A stretch of 64,000 nt of DNA from Candidatus Micrarchaeota archaeon. Lineage in GTDB: Archaea > Micrarchaeota > Micrarchaeia > Micrarchaeales > CABMGC01. The stretch spans positions 3,707 to 67,706 of the forward strand of contig JAJZJQ010000004.1 in assembly GCA_021851065.1 (NCBI GenBank), written 5' to 3'. Positions 1-9,985 of this stretch are shown in pieces. Below the pieces are notes generated by a model. That model worked only from the letters and a program-made list of their open reading frames with translations, did no database searches and was not told where the DNA came from. The first letter of the stretch is position 1. The number at the start of each line of letters is the position of its first letter. The position numbers were made by a program, and so were the translations under genes.

Positions 1-108
1 CATTCTGCAGCCGCAGCCAAAGTCAAAGAAGAGGTAAGCCAAGGCATCCTGCAGGGCCTTTGGCAAGTTTTATATATCTCCATATCCGAGTAATAGACTG
101 TGCAGTAC

Positions 109-456
109 ATGGCATACAATGGATTAATCCAGACAATAGCAGTTATTGTGGCGGTCTCAATGCTTGGGGTGGCATTTGCCAACACAAATGCGTCGAGCTC
201 CAACTCCTCTGTCCCATCATCCCCGCTTATAGGCATATTCAAGACCAACCAGACCACAAGCCAGAATACCACGCTTAGCACCAGCGTAAACACAACCTCA
301 ATCCCTGCTACAACTGCGCAGCAGGTACAGACGCCAAGCTCCGATTCCGGCAGTGCGGCTCCAGTGCTTGTTACTGTGGGGGTCGCAATAGTTGCGGCAG
401 TTGCATATGGGTACTACGGAGGCAGGAAGAAAGGCAGGCGCGCAGGCGGTGCCTGA
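109..456 (+). CDS. small secreted/membrane-anchored Ser/Thr-rich protein (hypothetical)
   Basis: ORF 100..456 (GTG). The first ATG is at 109, about 30 nt after the TATA-like tttatatat (68-76). N-terminal hydrophobic helix, S/T-rich middle with several N-x-S/T sequons, C-terminal TM helix plus basic tail GRKKGRRAGGA. Confidence 0.45.
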   Translation: MAYNGLIQTIAVIVAVSMLGVAFANTNASSSNSSVPSSPLIGIFKTNQTTSQNTTLSTSVNTTSIPATTAQQVQTPSSDSGSAAPVLVTVGVAIVAAVAYGYYGGRKKGRRAGGA

Positions 457-530
457 GCTCGCCTTTTCCGCCCATACCGGCAAAACCGCAAAACCGGACT
501 ACGCTTTCGCGCAGCAGTGCTCCATTGCGG

Positions 531-677
531 CTATATGTCGCGTATCATCCCTCTAGCCTGCTTTGCGTCTATTCTCATCTGATGCGACATTCTGCCGTGC
601 AGCTTCACTATCTCTACCAGCTCCTCCTCGCTTTGGGTAGTGAACTGCGCGCCGCAGTCGCATGCCACCTGTTTCAT
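531..677 (-). CDS. DUF1059-like small metal-binding protein
   Basis: ORF 531..743 trimmed to the internal ATG (MKQVACDCGAQFTTQSEEELVEIVKLHGRMSH...). 48 aa. The pattern M-K-x-x-x-C-x-C-G...eEEL...H...H matches my memory of DUF1059. Confidence 0.5.
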   Translation of the reverse strand: MKQVACDCGAQFTTQSEEELVEIVKLHGRMSHQMRIDAKQARGMIRDI

Positions 678-789
678 ACCATATCCCAAAGAGAACTCTC
701 GGCTCAGTAATATATACCGCTGCATACGCCGCTGCCCGCGCAAGGTTTACATATCTTCTATCCCAATATAAAAATGCGTCTGTGGTTCT

Positions 790-2022
790 ATGTCCCTTTG
801 CGATAAATATGCCCCTACTACAATAAACGGCATACTCGGCAACGAGTCCGTAAAGAGCAGGCTTGTGTCTTTTGCAGCAGAGGCTCAGGGGAAGGGGAGG
901 GTAAGGCCCATAATGCTGTGCGGCCCGTCTGGCGTGGGCAAGACTGCGGCTGCCCATGCGCTTGCATGCTCCAACGGCTTTGAGCTCATAGAGCTCAATG
1001 CCAGCGACTACAGGGACGCTGCCACCATAGCAAAGAAGATAATGCCGCTGAGCTCTACCCGCGGGCTTTTTAGCGCAAAGTGCCTGATACTGTTCGATGA
1101 GATAGACGAGCTGTCATCGAAGTTCGATTCAGGATGCGAGGGCGCCATAACACGGCTCATAAAGGAGTCAAGGCATCCCATAATGTTCATAGTCAATGAC
1201 TACTGGAACAGGAAGGTGAGTTTCCTTAGGGATGCGGTAGAGAAAGTCGAGTTCAAGCGCATGGGCACAAATGACACCCTGGCGCTGCTTGAGCGTGTGG
1301 CCGCAAGGGAGGGCATAAAGACAGACAAGGACATACTGGTCGAGATAGCAAAGAGGAGCAACGGCGATGTAAGGGGTGCGCTGAACGACCTTGAGATGAT
1401 GGCAGGCCAGGGCCCCGAGCTTCTTGAGTTTCTTGGCATGAGGAGCCGCAAGGCAGAGATATTCAAGGTGCTTGACAGCATATTCCTCTCATCAAGCTTC
1501 GATGTTGCGCGCAACGTGATGAGTTCCACCGACGTGGATCTTGACATGATACAGAACTGGGTGGCGCAGAACATACCAAACAAGTACCTGTCAAAGATGA
1601 GCATATACGAGGCGTTCGACAGCCTCGCCAAGGCGAGCATGTTCAGCGAGAATGCGAGCAGAAGGAGCTACTACGGCTACCTGCGCTACTCAAGCGTTCT
1701 TACTTCTTCAGGCGTAGCCCTGTCAAGCAACGGAAATGTCAGCATGCTGACCCAGTACACATTCCCAGTTAGGATACGGCAGCTGAGCAGGACCAAGAAG
1801 GGCAGGCAGTCCATGAACCTTACGGCGCTCAAGCTTGGCGCCATGGTGCATGCAAGCCGCAAGACCGTGATAAGCGAGCACATACCGCTGCTTACCCTCA
1901 TGATAAACATGGCCATAGGCCAGCATGGGGAGGACGCGGTCGTGGACTTCATGGCAATGCGCTACGGCCTTGAGGAGGACGAGGTGGATGCAATAGCCTC
2001 GTACTCCAAGTACGGGCAGTGA
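790..2022 (+). CDS. rfcL: replication factor C large subunit
   Basis: ATG at 790. N-terminal DKYAPTTINGILGN, Walker A CGPSGVGKTAAA, Walker B FDEIDEL, 410 aa, typical of archaeal RFC-L. Confidence 0.85.
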   Translation: MSLCDKYAPTTINGILGNESVKSRLVSFAAEAQGKGRVRPIMLCGPSGVGKTAAAHALACSNGFELIELNASDYRDAATIAKKIMPLSSTRGLFSAKCLILFDEIDELSSKFDSGCEGAITRLIKESRHPIMFIVNDYWNRKVSFLRDAVEKVEFKRMGTNDTLALLERVAAREGIKTDKDILVEIAKRSNGDVRGALNDLEMMAGQGPELLEFLGMRSRKAEIFKVLDSIFLSSSFDVARNVMSSTDVDLDMIQNWVAQNIPNKYLSKMSIYEAFDSLAKASMFSENASRRSYYGYLRYSSVLTSSGVALSSNGNVSMLTQYTFPVRIRQLSRTKKGRQSMNLTALKLGAMVHASRKTVISEHIPLLTLMINMAIGQHGEDAVVDFMAMRYGLEEDEVDAIASYSKYGQ

Positions 2023-2213
2023 CTGTGGCAATGCCCTGGCATGGCGCACATGCCGCTATGCCGGCATAACCAAAGCCTGCTTATCCGGATATGGCGACTC
2101 CCTATAAAATCTTGGGATTTCGCCATCGTAATCAAACTCCGCAGCCACCGCCAGAAGCCTATAACAAGGCAAAAGCTAGAGCATCATTGCGCCAAACAAA
2201 TGCCTGCTTGGCA

Positions 2214-3854
2214 CTACCTTGCGGAGATGTCTATTTCCATAGCTACGGCAGGCTCCTCTATCCCGAAGTTCCTTAGCACCTTCGGATGCAGTTCGCCGAA
2301 GAAACCAGCATGCTTCCCCGCCATCTTTATCTGGGCGCACCTGCCTTCTATGAAGCTATCGTGCCTAAACTCGGCTACAGCGTACTGGGTTCCCATGGAC
2401 AGCAGCAGCCCCTCAACAACGGCCTTCATGTCGTTGAAATTGGCCTTTGGCCCTACCGAGGCGGCTCCAAGGTGGTACGATTCCACCGGCTTTGAGCCCT
2501 GTACACAAAACACCATGTCAAGCTCGAAAACATCCTGCGGCATGCTGTCATGCGACGATGCGCCAAGGTTCCTGAGCAGCGAGGGCAGCAGCCATGTGCG
2601 CATCATGCTAATCTCTGCGGTCTTAGGGTTCTGGAGCACAACTATGCTTTCCTCCCTTTTCACCCCTGCCTTGTCGAAGTTTGCCTGCTCGTTGGTAAGG
2701 TACGAATTTGTGAATTCGCTAAATCCCATGCCAACCATTATCCCTGTTGCCTTTCTGTTAATCAGCGTCTGCTGTTCCAGGCCGCCGCTCTGCGTGTATG
2801 GCGCCGCCATGGGGTTTATGTACTCGTAACCATACCCTATCGCTATGTCCTCGATCAGATCCTGCCTGTCTATGACATCCACCCTGTACTGCGGAATGCT
2901 GAACCTTACCATCTTCCCAACAAGGGCCGCCTCGTAGCCCATCTTGTTTGCCAGCGATATCACATTGTCAAAACCGATGGGGACGCCTATCTCCCTCTCG
3001 GCTCTAGCGAGCGGCACTGACATGTAGCTTGTCTTCATCTCAGGCGTCTGCACCGTCCTCCTCCCGTATTTTATTGCGACCCTGCCGACCTTTGCGCCAA
3101 GGTCCATGAACATTGCGCCCAGGATCTCGGCGGCTTTGTTTACCGCATACTCAGAAGTGCCTGTTATGTCGACGAAGATGTTCGTGGTGGACGGCGTGAC
3201 GCGCGTTCTTTGCGAATTAAGGATTGGCACAAACGATGCGACCCCCTGCGAATCCTCGATCACCGGGAAGAATTTTTTCCCGCCTTTTGCTATTATCCCG
3301 GAATACTGGATTCCCTTGGGGCTGGACGCAAGCACCTCGCTGAGCCTTGCCTTCTTAGTGCCGCCTAGCGGCACATATTCTACATCCTTCTCGCACCTGT
3401 ACGCCACTGGCGGTTTTATCGCATCTAAATCATGCATGCCTATTGCCACTTTCCTCCTGCTCCTGCCGTACGTGTCGCAGAACTTCTCGGTGAAGGTTAT
3501 CACGTCTGCAAGCGAGTCGTCGGCAAGCTTTATGCCCTTTGCCACAACTCCTGCAACATATGGCCTTATCCGCTTTACACTGGGATCAACATATATCTCA
3601 AGGGCGGGTTCTACATCCTCTATCGCATAGTTGAACTTCTTCGTCTTGTGCATGAAATTCTTAAGCGCCCTTGCAAGCCCCAGCGCACACAGAAGATCAG
3701 GCCTGTTTGCCGTAACCTCAAGGCTCAGGGAGCCTTCATCTGCCTCCTCAATCTCAAAGCCCAGCTTAGCCACATGGTCCTTAAGCGACTTCTCGTCAAA
3801 TCCCGAGCCCAGAAGGCTGTAAAGGTATCTCTTGTCAAGCTGAACTACCGGCAC
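2214..3854 (-). CDS. pheT: phenylalanine--tRNA ligase beta subunit
   Basis: 546 aa, archaeal PheT-like N-terminus (PVVQLDKRYLYSLLG). Lies 4 nt downstream of pheS on the same strand. Confidence 0.9.
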   Translation of the reverse strand: MPVVQLDKRYLYSLLGSGFDEKSLKDHVAKLGFEIEEADEGSLSLEVTANRPDLLCALGLARALKNFMHKTKKFNYAIEDVEPALEIYVDPSVKRIRPYVAGVVAKGIKLADDSLADVITFTEKFCDTYGRSRRKVAIGMHDLDAIKPPVAYRCEKDVEYVPLGGTKKARLSEVLASSPKGIQYSGIIAKGGKKFFPVIEDSQGVASFVPILNSQRTRVTPSTTNIFVDITGTSEYAVNKAAEILGAMFMDLGAKVGRVAIKYGRRTVQTPEMKTSYMSVPLARAEREIGVPIGFDNVISLANKMGYEAALVGKMVRFSIPQYRVDVIDRQDLIEDIAIGYGYEYINPMAAPYTQSGGLEQQTLINRKATGIMVGMGFSEFTNSYLTNEQANFDKAGVKREESIVVLQNPKTAEISMMRTWLLPSLLRNLGASSHDSMPQDVFELDMVFCVQGSKPVESYHLGAASVGPKANFNDMKAVVEGLLLSMGTQYAVAEFRHDSFIEGRCAQIKMAGKHAGFFGELHPKVLRNFGIEEPAVAMEIDISAR

Positions 3855-3858
3855 ATCA

Positions 3859-5289
3859 TCACCATTTCCTCCCCCTTAGCCATCCAACTCCGTTGCCATA
3901 CAGCTGCACTATGCTGCTTATGCTCTGGTCGCGTATCAGCATCAGCCTCTCTATGCCAGAGCCCCAGGCAAGCACTGTAAGCTTGTTTCTGCTCACGCCT
4001 GTTATCTCCTCACGCACTATGCCGCATCCGGCCATCTCTATCCATTCCTTCCTTCCCTCGGAATAAGCCATGAGCTCGGCTCCTGGCTCCACGAACGGGA
4101 AGTACGACGGCTTAAACCGCACCTTTATGCCAAGGCCCTGATAGAGCTTTGTGAGGGTGTCGAATAGGTTTGAGAGAGTAAGGTTCCTGCCTATGATCAC
4201 GCCGTCGTGCTGGTAGAAATCAGCAAGGTGCCTGTAGTCCAGGGCCTCGTTGCGAAACACCCTGCCCACGGAGAAGAGCTTGATGGGCAGCTCATATTTG
4301 CCCGGATTGCTCTTAAGCTCGTGCACTATGTTGTAAATATACCTGGCAGATACGCTGGTAGTGTGCACGCGCAGCAGCATCTGCCCTGCAATGTCCTCGC
4401 TCCATTTCGAATGCCATCCCCGCTGGTGCGCCTTCTTCACTGTAGATATGTATGGAAGATCGCCTACCTGCACGCTGCCAACGTTGGAAGCGTAGAATGT
4501 GTCCTGCGCATCCCTTGCAGGATGGTCCTGGGGGACAAAAAGGGAGTCAAAGGCCCAGAAAGACGACTCTACGGCAGGACCTGAGACTTCACGAAAGCCG
4601 CTGCTGGCGTACGCGTCCTTGACCTCCTCTACAAGCCTTCGCAGAGGGTGGCTCATTGCAACAGCGCGGGGCTCTACTGGAGCCGCTATGTCATAGGGCT
4701 TGAATTTCATGCCCTTCCACAGCCCGCTGCTTATCATGCCCCTATCCACTGCATCTATGGCGCCGTCATCTCCGTCTTTGCTGCCAAGGGCATCGATGCC
4801 TGCTTTTGTTGCGGATATGCCTGTGATATGCCTTTTCTCACTAACAGTACCAAGCCCCCTCTTCACAATCTCATCCCTGCCAAGCTCGTTGATTCCCGGC
4901 CTCTTCTTTTCAGCTTCAAGCCCCCTTGCCGTAAGCCTTATCATACCTGCCTCTATCGTTATCCATCCATTCCTCTTTGCCCACTGCAGGCCTATCTTCT
5001 CCCTGCCTACAAGGGATGAAACCGCAGTCTTGCCCATCGAAGCCTTCTCCAGCAGGCGCACTTCAGGGAGTCCGTCCCTCTCATACTCCTTCCCTTCATC
5101 ACCAAGTTCAAGATTCTCTGAAGCAGAGTACGATACGTCTACGAATCCCCTGCCCTTAAGGTTCTCCAAGGCCCACATGGCTTCGTCCCTTCCGATGTGC
5201 GCCGCAGCAGCAAGCTCTTCGAGTTCCATGCCTTTTTTGCCCTTCAGCGCTACCAATACAGCTCTTTCATACCTATGCATAATCACCAC
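3859..5289 (-). CDS. pheS: phenylalanine--tRNA ligase alpha subunit
   Basis: 476 aa. Class II motifs: FRNEALDYRHLADFYQ (motif 2 region) and GSGIERLMLI (motif 3). Confidence 0.9.
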   Translation of the reverse strand: MVIMHRYERAVLVALKGKKGMELEELAAAAHIGRDEAMWALENLKGRGFVDVSYSASENLELGDEGKEYERDGLPEVRLLEKASMGKTAVSSLVGREKIGLQWAKRNGWITIEAGMIRLTARGLEAEKKRPGINELGRDEIVKRGLGTVSEKRHITGISATKAGIDALGSKDGDDGAIDAVDRGMISSGLWKGMKFKPYDIAAPVEPRAVAMSHPLRRLVEEVKDAYASSGFREVSGPAVESSFWAFDSLFVPQDHPARDAQDTFYASNVGSVQVGDLPYISTVKKAHQRGWHSKWSEDIAGQMLLRVHTTSVSARYIYNIVHELKSNPGKYELPIKLFSVGRVFRNEALDYRHLADFYQHDGVIIGRNLTLSNLFDTLTKLYQGLGIKVRFKPSYFPFVEPGAELMAYSEGRKEWIEMAGCGIVREEITGVSRNKLTVLAWGSGIERLMLIRDQSISSIVQLYGNGVGWLRGRKW

Positions 5290-5292
5290 CTG

Positions 5293-6057
5293 CTACGCGA
5301 ATACCTTCGCGTAGACGTAAATCACAAGCATGCCTGCAAGTATTATGGCAACAAGGGATATCTGCTGGGTGTATCCCTGGTACAGGCGCACGAAGAAATT
5401 GACCACCTCGGCCTGCATGGACTCATACACCACGTAGGACATGCTGAACTCTGTGAGCGGCTCTCCTTCGTACCATGAAAGCTCTGTAACATTGCTGTAA
5501 ATGCCCAGATAGTTGGGATAAGGGTAGTCTGGGGTCGGATACACGTACTCTATCAGCGCGCCTTTGGGTATGTCTATGTTCATCCTGGTGTTCGGGGGCA
5601 GCGACTCTCCGCTGGCAGTATGCTCGAAATTGAGCGCAGCGCTGTTGAATATGTAATCGAACTTGCGCGGCCCGACGTTCTGCACCGTGGTAATGTTATG
5701 CACTATATACGCCATTGTGAGTATGGCCTGCGCGCCTGCAGCGTTCTGGTTCATTAGCGGCCCGGGGAGGAATGTAAAGTCGGATATGCTGCTGTTTGGG
5801 CTCAGCACGTGCTGTATGATAAGGCCTGAGCCTATTGCACGGTCCCAGTCGCTTATGCTCAGGTTTATGGCCTGGCGATCGCCAAGGTACGTGTTTATGC
5901 TGGAGTTGGTTATGTTAAGCGTGTAAAGCTCAACGACCTTTGCGCTTGTGCTGTTGTTCAGTATGATTGTCGTGTCCGTATACGTTATGTTCATCGATGC
6001 AAACGCAGTTGATGCGCCCAGGCAGAGCAGTGCAATTAGCAGGAGAGCGTTTCTCAT
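5293..6057 (-). CDS. secreted, C-terminally anchored glycoprotein (hypothetical)
   Basis: Signal peptide MRNALLLIALLCLGASTAFA, many N-x-S/T sequons, C-terminal TM helix ISLVAIILAGMLVIYVYA. 4 nt after the pheS start region on the same strand. Confidence 0.6.
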   Translation of the reverse strand: MRNALLLIALLCLGASTAFASMNITYTDTTIILNNSTSAKVVELYTLNITNSSINTYLGDRQAINLSISDWDRAIGSGLIIQHVLSPNSSISDFTFLPGPLMNQNAAGAQAILTMAYIVHNITTVQNVGPRKFDYIFNSAALNFEHTASGESLPPNTRMNIDIPKGALIEYVYPTPDYPYPNYLGIYSNVTELSWYEGEPLTEFSMSYVVYESMQAEVVNFFVRLYQGYTQQISLVAIILAGMLVIYVYAKVFA

Positions 6058-6213
6058 GCAATCTCTCGTAGATGTATGGCCTGCATCAGAATATTAAGCC
6101 TTACCATAGAGACCTGTGCCTGTCTCCGTGCACATTCCTTGTCCAGGACTGGAGGCGAGCAGTAATATCCATTCACTGCGCACTCCGGTCAAGGCCCGTG
6201 CCTGCCTGTGCTG

Positions 6214-6792
6214 TCAGTATCTCTCGCGCTGCGGCGGCCTTGTGAGCATGTAGAACCTGCTCTCCCCCTTTAGCTCAAGTATTATGCGCTCTGCTATCAG
6301 CTTCACCGGATCCTGAAGCAGAGGAACCCTGCTGGCTATGTCCTGGAAGCTCTCGAACTTCTTCTCGTCTCTCGCATCCAGTATGGCGGTAAGGTGTTTC
6401 TTGCCCACGCCTGGAAGCAGCTCAAGGGAATGCACCCTTATGTTAAGCGGCCCTGCGCTGTTGAATATCCCTACGAACCTCGTTTCATTGCTCTTTATTA
6501 TGCTTGATACCGCTACCATGAGTTCGCTCCTCGCCCCTTCAGTCAGCTCCTGGTACGTGAGCCTTCCCTTTATTATGGATATCTTGTCGCGTTCGCCCTT
6601 GCCTATGTATACCTTCTCGCCTATGCGTATGTCCGGTATCTTTGGCACCGCTTCAAGCAGGGTAAACTTCTCCTCCCCAAGCAGCTGCACTATCGGCTCT
6701 GAGCGCGCAGAACTCGACCTTCCTGTAGGAAGGTAATCCAGCACGAACGCATTCTCCTCAAGGTTCTCCCGCTTCTGCTCTAACTCAGACAT
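6214..6792 (-). CDS. DUF655 RNA-binding protein (conserved Rpo4 neighbour)
   Basis: ORF 6214..6807 begins at TTG, so the ATG at 6792 is preferred. ENAFVLDYLPTGR...PIVQLLGEEKFTLLE plus a C-terminal HhH-like region. Directly downstream of rpoF, as in many archaea. Confidence 0.75.
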   Translation of the reverse strand: MSELEQKRENLEENAFVLDYLPTGRSSSARSEPIVQLLGEEKFTLLEAVPKIPDIRIGEKVYIGKGERDKISIIKGRLTYQELTEGARSELMVAVSSIIKSNETRFVGIFNSAGPLNIRVHSLELLPGVGKKHLTAILDARDEKKFESFQDIASRVPLLQDPVKLIAERIILELKGESRFYMLTRPPQRERY

Positions 6793-6813
6793 ACTAGCAC
6801 CCAACAAAAGGCC

Positions 6814-7155
6814 TCACTTGGAGTAACCCTTGACCAGTTCCACCAGCTTGCCAACTTCCTCATCGCTGGCCGGCTGCCTGTCCGTATCCATGGCAAGGAT
6901 AAGCCTGAACAGGTTGGGCTCAGTGGGCATTATCTCTATGACCTTGAGCGCAAGCCTCTCGCTAAGCCCTGCCTCCTCAAGTTCCTTCTTCAGTTTCTTA
7001 GCATCAGATTCCTTGAGTTTAGCGAACTTCGTAGCATGCTCCAGCACAAGCTGCTGCTCATAGCCAAGCTCTCCGGACTTCTGCCTATCCTCGAGTATGC
7101 CAAGAACTTCGGGCATGGAAGCCATTCTAGTCTCAAGAGTCTTCTTCCCTGTCAT
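6814..7155 (-). CDS. rpoF: DNA-directed RNA polymerase subunit Rpo4 (RpoF)
   Basis: 113 aa with Rpb4/RpoF-like helical pattern (LGYEQQLVLEHATKFAKL...LALKVIEIMP). Confidence 0.8.
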   Translation of the reverse strand: MTGKKTLETRMASMPEVLGILEDRQKSGELGYEQQLVLEHATKFAKLKESDAKKLKKELEEAGLSERLALKVIEIMPTEPNLFRLILAMDTDRQPASDEEVGKLVELVKGYSK

Positions 7156-7301
7156 TTGCTCACTCCACGTATGGTATTATATCATTGCAACCTAATAAAA
7201 AGCTTTTCTACCGCAGCGCCGTATGGCTCACTGGGCCTGGAATGCAGCTTCAGCAGCTCTTACGCAAAGAATAAATACGCTATGCCCGAACATGATATGC
7301 G

Positions 7302-8930
7302 ATGGATGGCAAAATCAGCATAAACGCGCCGCCTGGCAGCAGGCATGCTATGCTCTACCTGCTGGTACTGTCATCAGTACTTTTAGTGCCGCTTGGCGCA
7401 GCGCCTGCGATAACCATAGCTTCAAATCCTGCGCAATACGGGTACAACGACAAGATAACCGCAACCACTGCAACCGGGGATGGGATAATACTCTATCTTA
7501 ACGGCACACAGGTAGCAAATGCCACTACCAGCACATCATACACAATCTGCTCAAGCGGCACATGCCTGCTTCCCGGCACGTACCTGCTTACAGCCAAGGA
7601 CACAGTTACTGGCGCAAAGAGCTCGCAGGGCTTCACTGTTGTGCCAAGCTACCCCACATTCTCCGTGCAGTCATCAACCATAAGGTACGGGCGCACCGAC
7701 ACCATACTCGGATATCCGGCGTTCTACAACGATTCAACAGCAATACTGATAGATGGCTCCACTGTAATAAGCGGCCAGGGCGATCTTACGTACAAGATAT
7801 GCTCCAGCGCATCACAGCCATGCCTTTCCATAGGGTCCCACAACATAACCGTGCGCGATACAACAGAGAACGTGCGCGCTCTTGCCACATACACCCTAAA
7901 CGTGACTCCAGTGCCGCCCTACATCAGCATCCAGTCGTCACGCGTGCAGTATGGTTCGCAGGACGCAATAACTGCGACAGCTCCAACTTCGTTCGACCAG
8001 ATCTCGATAATGTATGGCTCAACAACGCTCGCCTCCGGGACAGGCACTGTCACGTATGTCGTGTGCAACACGACTGCGTCGACTTCAGCGTGCCTTGTGC
8101 CGTCCAACTACTCCATCTACGCATACGATGGATCGGAGAAATCAAGTTCGCCGTCAAAGAACCTTACGGTCACCCCCCTAAATCCGCAGCTGACTATATC
8201 ATCAACTTCTGTCAGGTACGGGCAATACGATTCCATTACTGCCAAGGCCCCAAACCCTAACGATGCGATCTACATATCCATAGACGGGGTGCAGGTAGCA
8301 TATGGCACTGGGAATGTAACGTACACTTTCTGCAACAAGAACTCAAGCACCCAGTTCCACTGCATAAGCGCCGGCAGCCACAACATCTACATCGGCGACA
8401 GCACTTCCCATTCCTCAGTGAATTCAACGATATCGATAAGCCCTGTCCTACCTACTGTCACACTATCCCTGTCCAAGGCTAAAAATAACACCCCTGTAAC
8501 CATAACGGCAAAAGCCCCTTACTATTCAGACTCTCTTGCGCTTATAGTGGGCAACAGCATAGTCCAGAACGGCACCAACATAATCTCGTACACAATATGC
8601 AGGGACCAGCAGTTCGGGTGCCTGCCAGCAGGCACATACAGCGTCTCGGTCTACGACAGGTCCGAAGGGGCCAATTCAACCGTTTCATCGCTAACGCTCA
8701 TGCCATCCCAAAGTGCGTCATCAAACAGCATCGCAAATACCACCACGAACACCGCAAACACCCTGCCTGCCAACGCCCTTTCAACTGCAATAAACATAGT
8801 GCAGCCTACATCAACCATATCCCCTGGCTTTCTTGGCATATCCGGGGCAAATCCAGTAGAGATCGTGATTGCCGTAATAATCGTTATCGTGGCAGCAGCT
8901 CTTGCCCTAAAGCTCAGGAACAGGGGCTAG
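7302..8930 (+). CDS. surface glycoprotein with five tandem ~85-aa Cys-pair modules
   Basis: Signal-like MLYLLVLSSVLLVPLGAAPA (an alternative start is 7350). Five repeats of the form ..(V/I)(Q/R)YG..D.ITA.AP...I...G..VA.GTG.VTY..C....C...G.H.I. Thr/Asn-rich stalk and C-terminal TM helix. Confidence 0.75.
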   Translation: MDGKISINAPPGSRHAMLYLLVLSSVLLVPLGAAPAITIASNPAQYGYNDKITATTATGDGIILYLNGTQVANATTSTSYTICSSGTCLLPGTYLLTAKDTVTGAKSSQGFTVVPSYPTFSVQSSTIRYGRTDTILGYPAFYNDSTAILIDGSTVISGQGDLTYKICSSASQPCLSIGSHNITVRDTTENVRALATYTLNVTPVPPYISIQSSRVQYGSQDAITATAPTSFDQISIMYGSTTLASGTGTVTYVVCNTTASTSACLVPSNYSIYAYDGSEKSSSPSKNLTVTPLNPQLTISSTSVRYGQYDSITAKAPNPNDAIYISIDGVQVAYGTGNVTYTFCNKNSSTQFHCISAGSHNIYIGDSTSHSSVNSTISISPVLPTVTLSLSKAKNNTPVTITAKAPYYSDSLALIVGNSIVQNGTNIISYTICRDQQFGCLPAGTYSVSVYDRSEGANSTVSSLTLMPSQSASSNSIANTTTNTANTLPANALSTAINIVQPTSTISPGFLGISGANPVEIVIAVIIVIVAAALALKLRNRG

Positions 8931-8949
8931 CTTCCAGCATGAATGCAAC

Positions 8950-9900
8950 ATGTTAAAAAAGCAATGTTACAATATTGCATATGGTGCTTTGGTGGACCCC
9001 AAGGATGCATACCTGAAGGTAGAGGAGGAGATGAGAAAGCACATAGCAGGCAAGAACGACGTAATAAAACTGCTGTTCATAGCCCTGCTGGCCAACGGCC
9101 ACGTGCTTCTTGAAGGCGTTCCAGGTGTTGCCAAGACTACCATGAGCAAGGCCCTTGCCGATACGATAGACGGCGATTTTAAGAGGATACAGTGCATGCC
9201 TGACCTCGCAGTGTCCGACATAATAGGCGGCGTTTATGACAACCCTGCCGGAGAGCCTGAGATCAGGAAGGGCCCGATATTCACCAACATACTGCTTATG
9301 GACGAACTGAACAGGGCCCCTCCAAGGACCATGAGCGGGTTCCTAGAGGCCCTTGAGGAGAGGCAGATCACCGTGGGTGGCACTGACATAAAGCTCCCTG
9401 AGCCTTTCATGGCCCTTGCAACGCAGAACCCTCTGAGGATAGAGGGGACAGAGCAGATACCCAAAGTTCTTGCTGACAGATTCCTGCTCAGGGTCGAGGT
9501 CACATATCCGTCCATGGAGGAAGAGGAGCAGATGATCAGGCTAAAGGAAGCGGAGGCGTCAGTGCAGACCAACAAGGTGCTCGGCAAGCAGGATATAATC
9601 GACATGCAAAAGCAGGTCAAGACGGTCACACTTCCTGATGACGTGGGCAAATACATTACGCAGATAGTTGAGGCTTCAAGGACCGAGATGCATGTTGTCA
9701 TGGGCGCAAGCCCAAGATCCACCCTGGCATTCATGCTCTGCGGCAAGGCAAAGGCCCTCATAGAGGGCAGAAGCGAGGTTTCACGCGAAGACATAAAGTT
9801 TCTTGCGCGACCTGTGCTAAGCCACAGGATAATTGTCCGCTCCACCGGGGGCATAGGCATAGGCGGCATAGTCGACGGCATACTGGCATCGCTGGGATGA
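8950..9900 (+). CDS. MoxR-family AAA+ ATPase
   Basis: Walker A LLEGVPGVAKT, Walker B LLMDELNRAPP, 316 aa, typical MoxR length. Confidence 0.85.
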   Translation: MLKKQCYNIAYGALVDPKDAYLKVEEEMRKHIAGKNDVIKLLFIALLANGHVLLEGVPGVAKTTMSKALADTIDGDFKRIQCMPDLAVSDIIGGVYDNPAGEPEIRKGPIFTNILLMDELNRAPPRTMSGFLEALEERQITVGGTDIKLPEPFMALATQNPLRIEGTEQIPKVLADRFLLRVEVTYPSMEEEEQMIRLKEAEASVQTNKVLGKQDIIDMQKQVKTVTLPDDVGKYITQIVEASRTEMHVVMGASPRSTLAFMLCGKAKALIEGRSEVSREDIKFLARPVLSHRIIVRSTGGIGIGGIVDGILASLG

Positions 9901-9985
9901 CGCTGGCATGCACGCGGCCACGCGCCAAATCGCGCACCGGCTTACTGGCTCAAAGCGTCTATTCCACATCCATGTCCTGCAGCCA

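Noticed and set aside
1-93. Open frame running in from the left edge (..AAAAKVKEEVSQGILQGLWQVLYISISE*).
   Set aside because: Only 30 codons and no motif, so it cannot be supported as a gene end.
2041-2829. Long ORFs antisense to well-supported genes. Examples: 2041..2829 opposite pheT, 553..957, 4700..5314 opposite pheS, 15946..16725 opposite the MFS gene, 37969..38763 opposite the ABC ATPase, 44988..45602 opposite rpl24.
   Set aside because: They lie opposite genes with clear family motifs. They have low-complexity Ser/Pro/Arg/Leu-rich translations and no motifs of their own. They are shadow ORFs typical of this codon composition.
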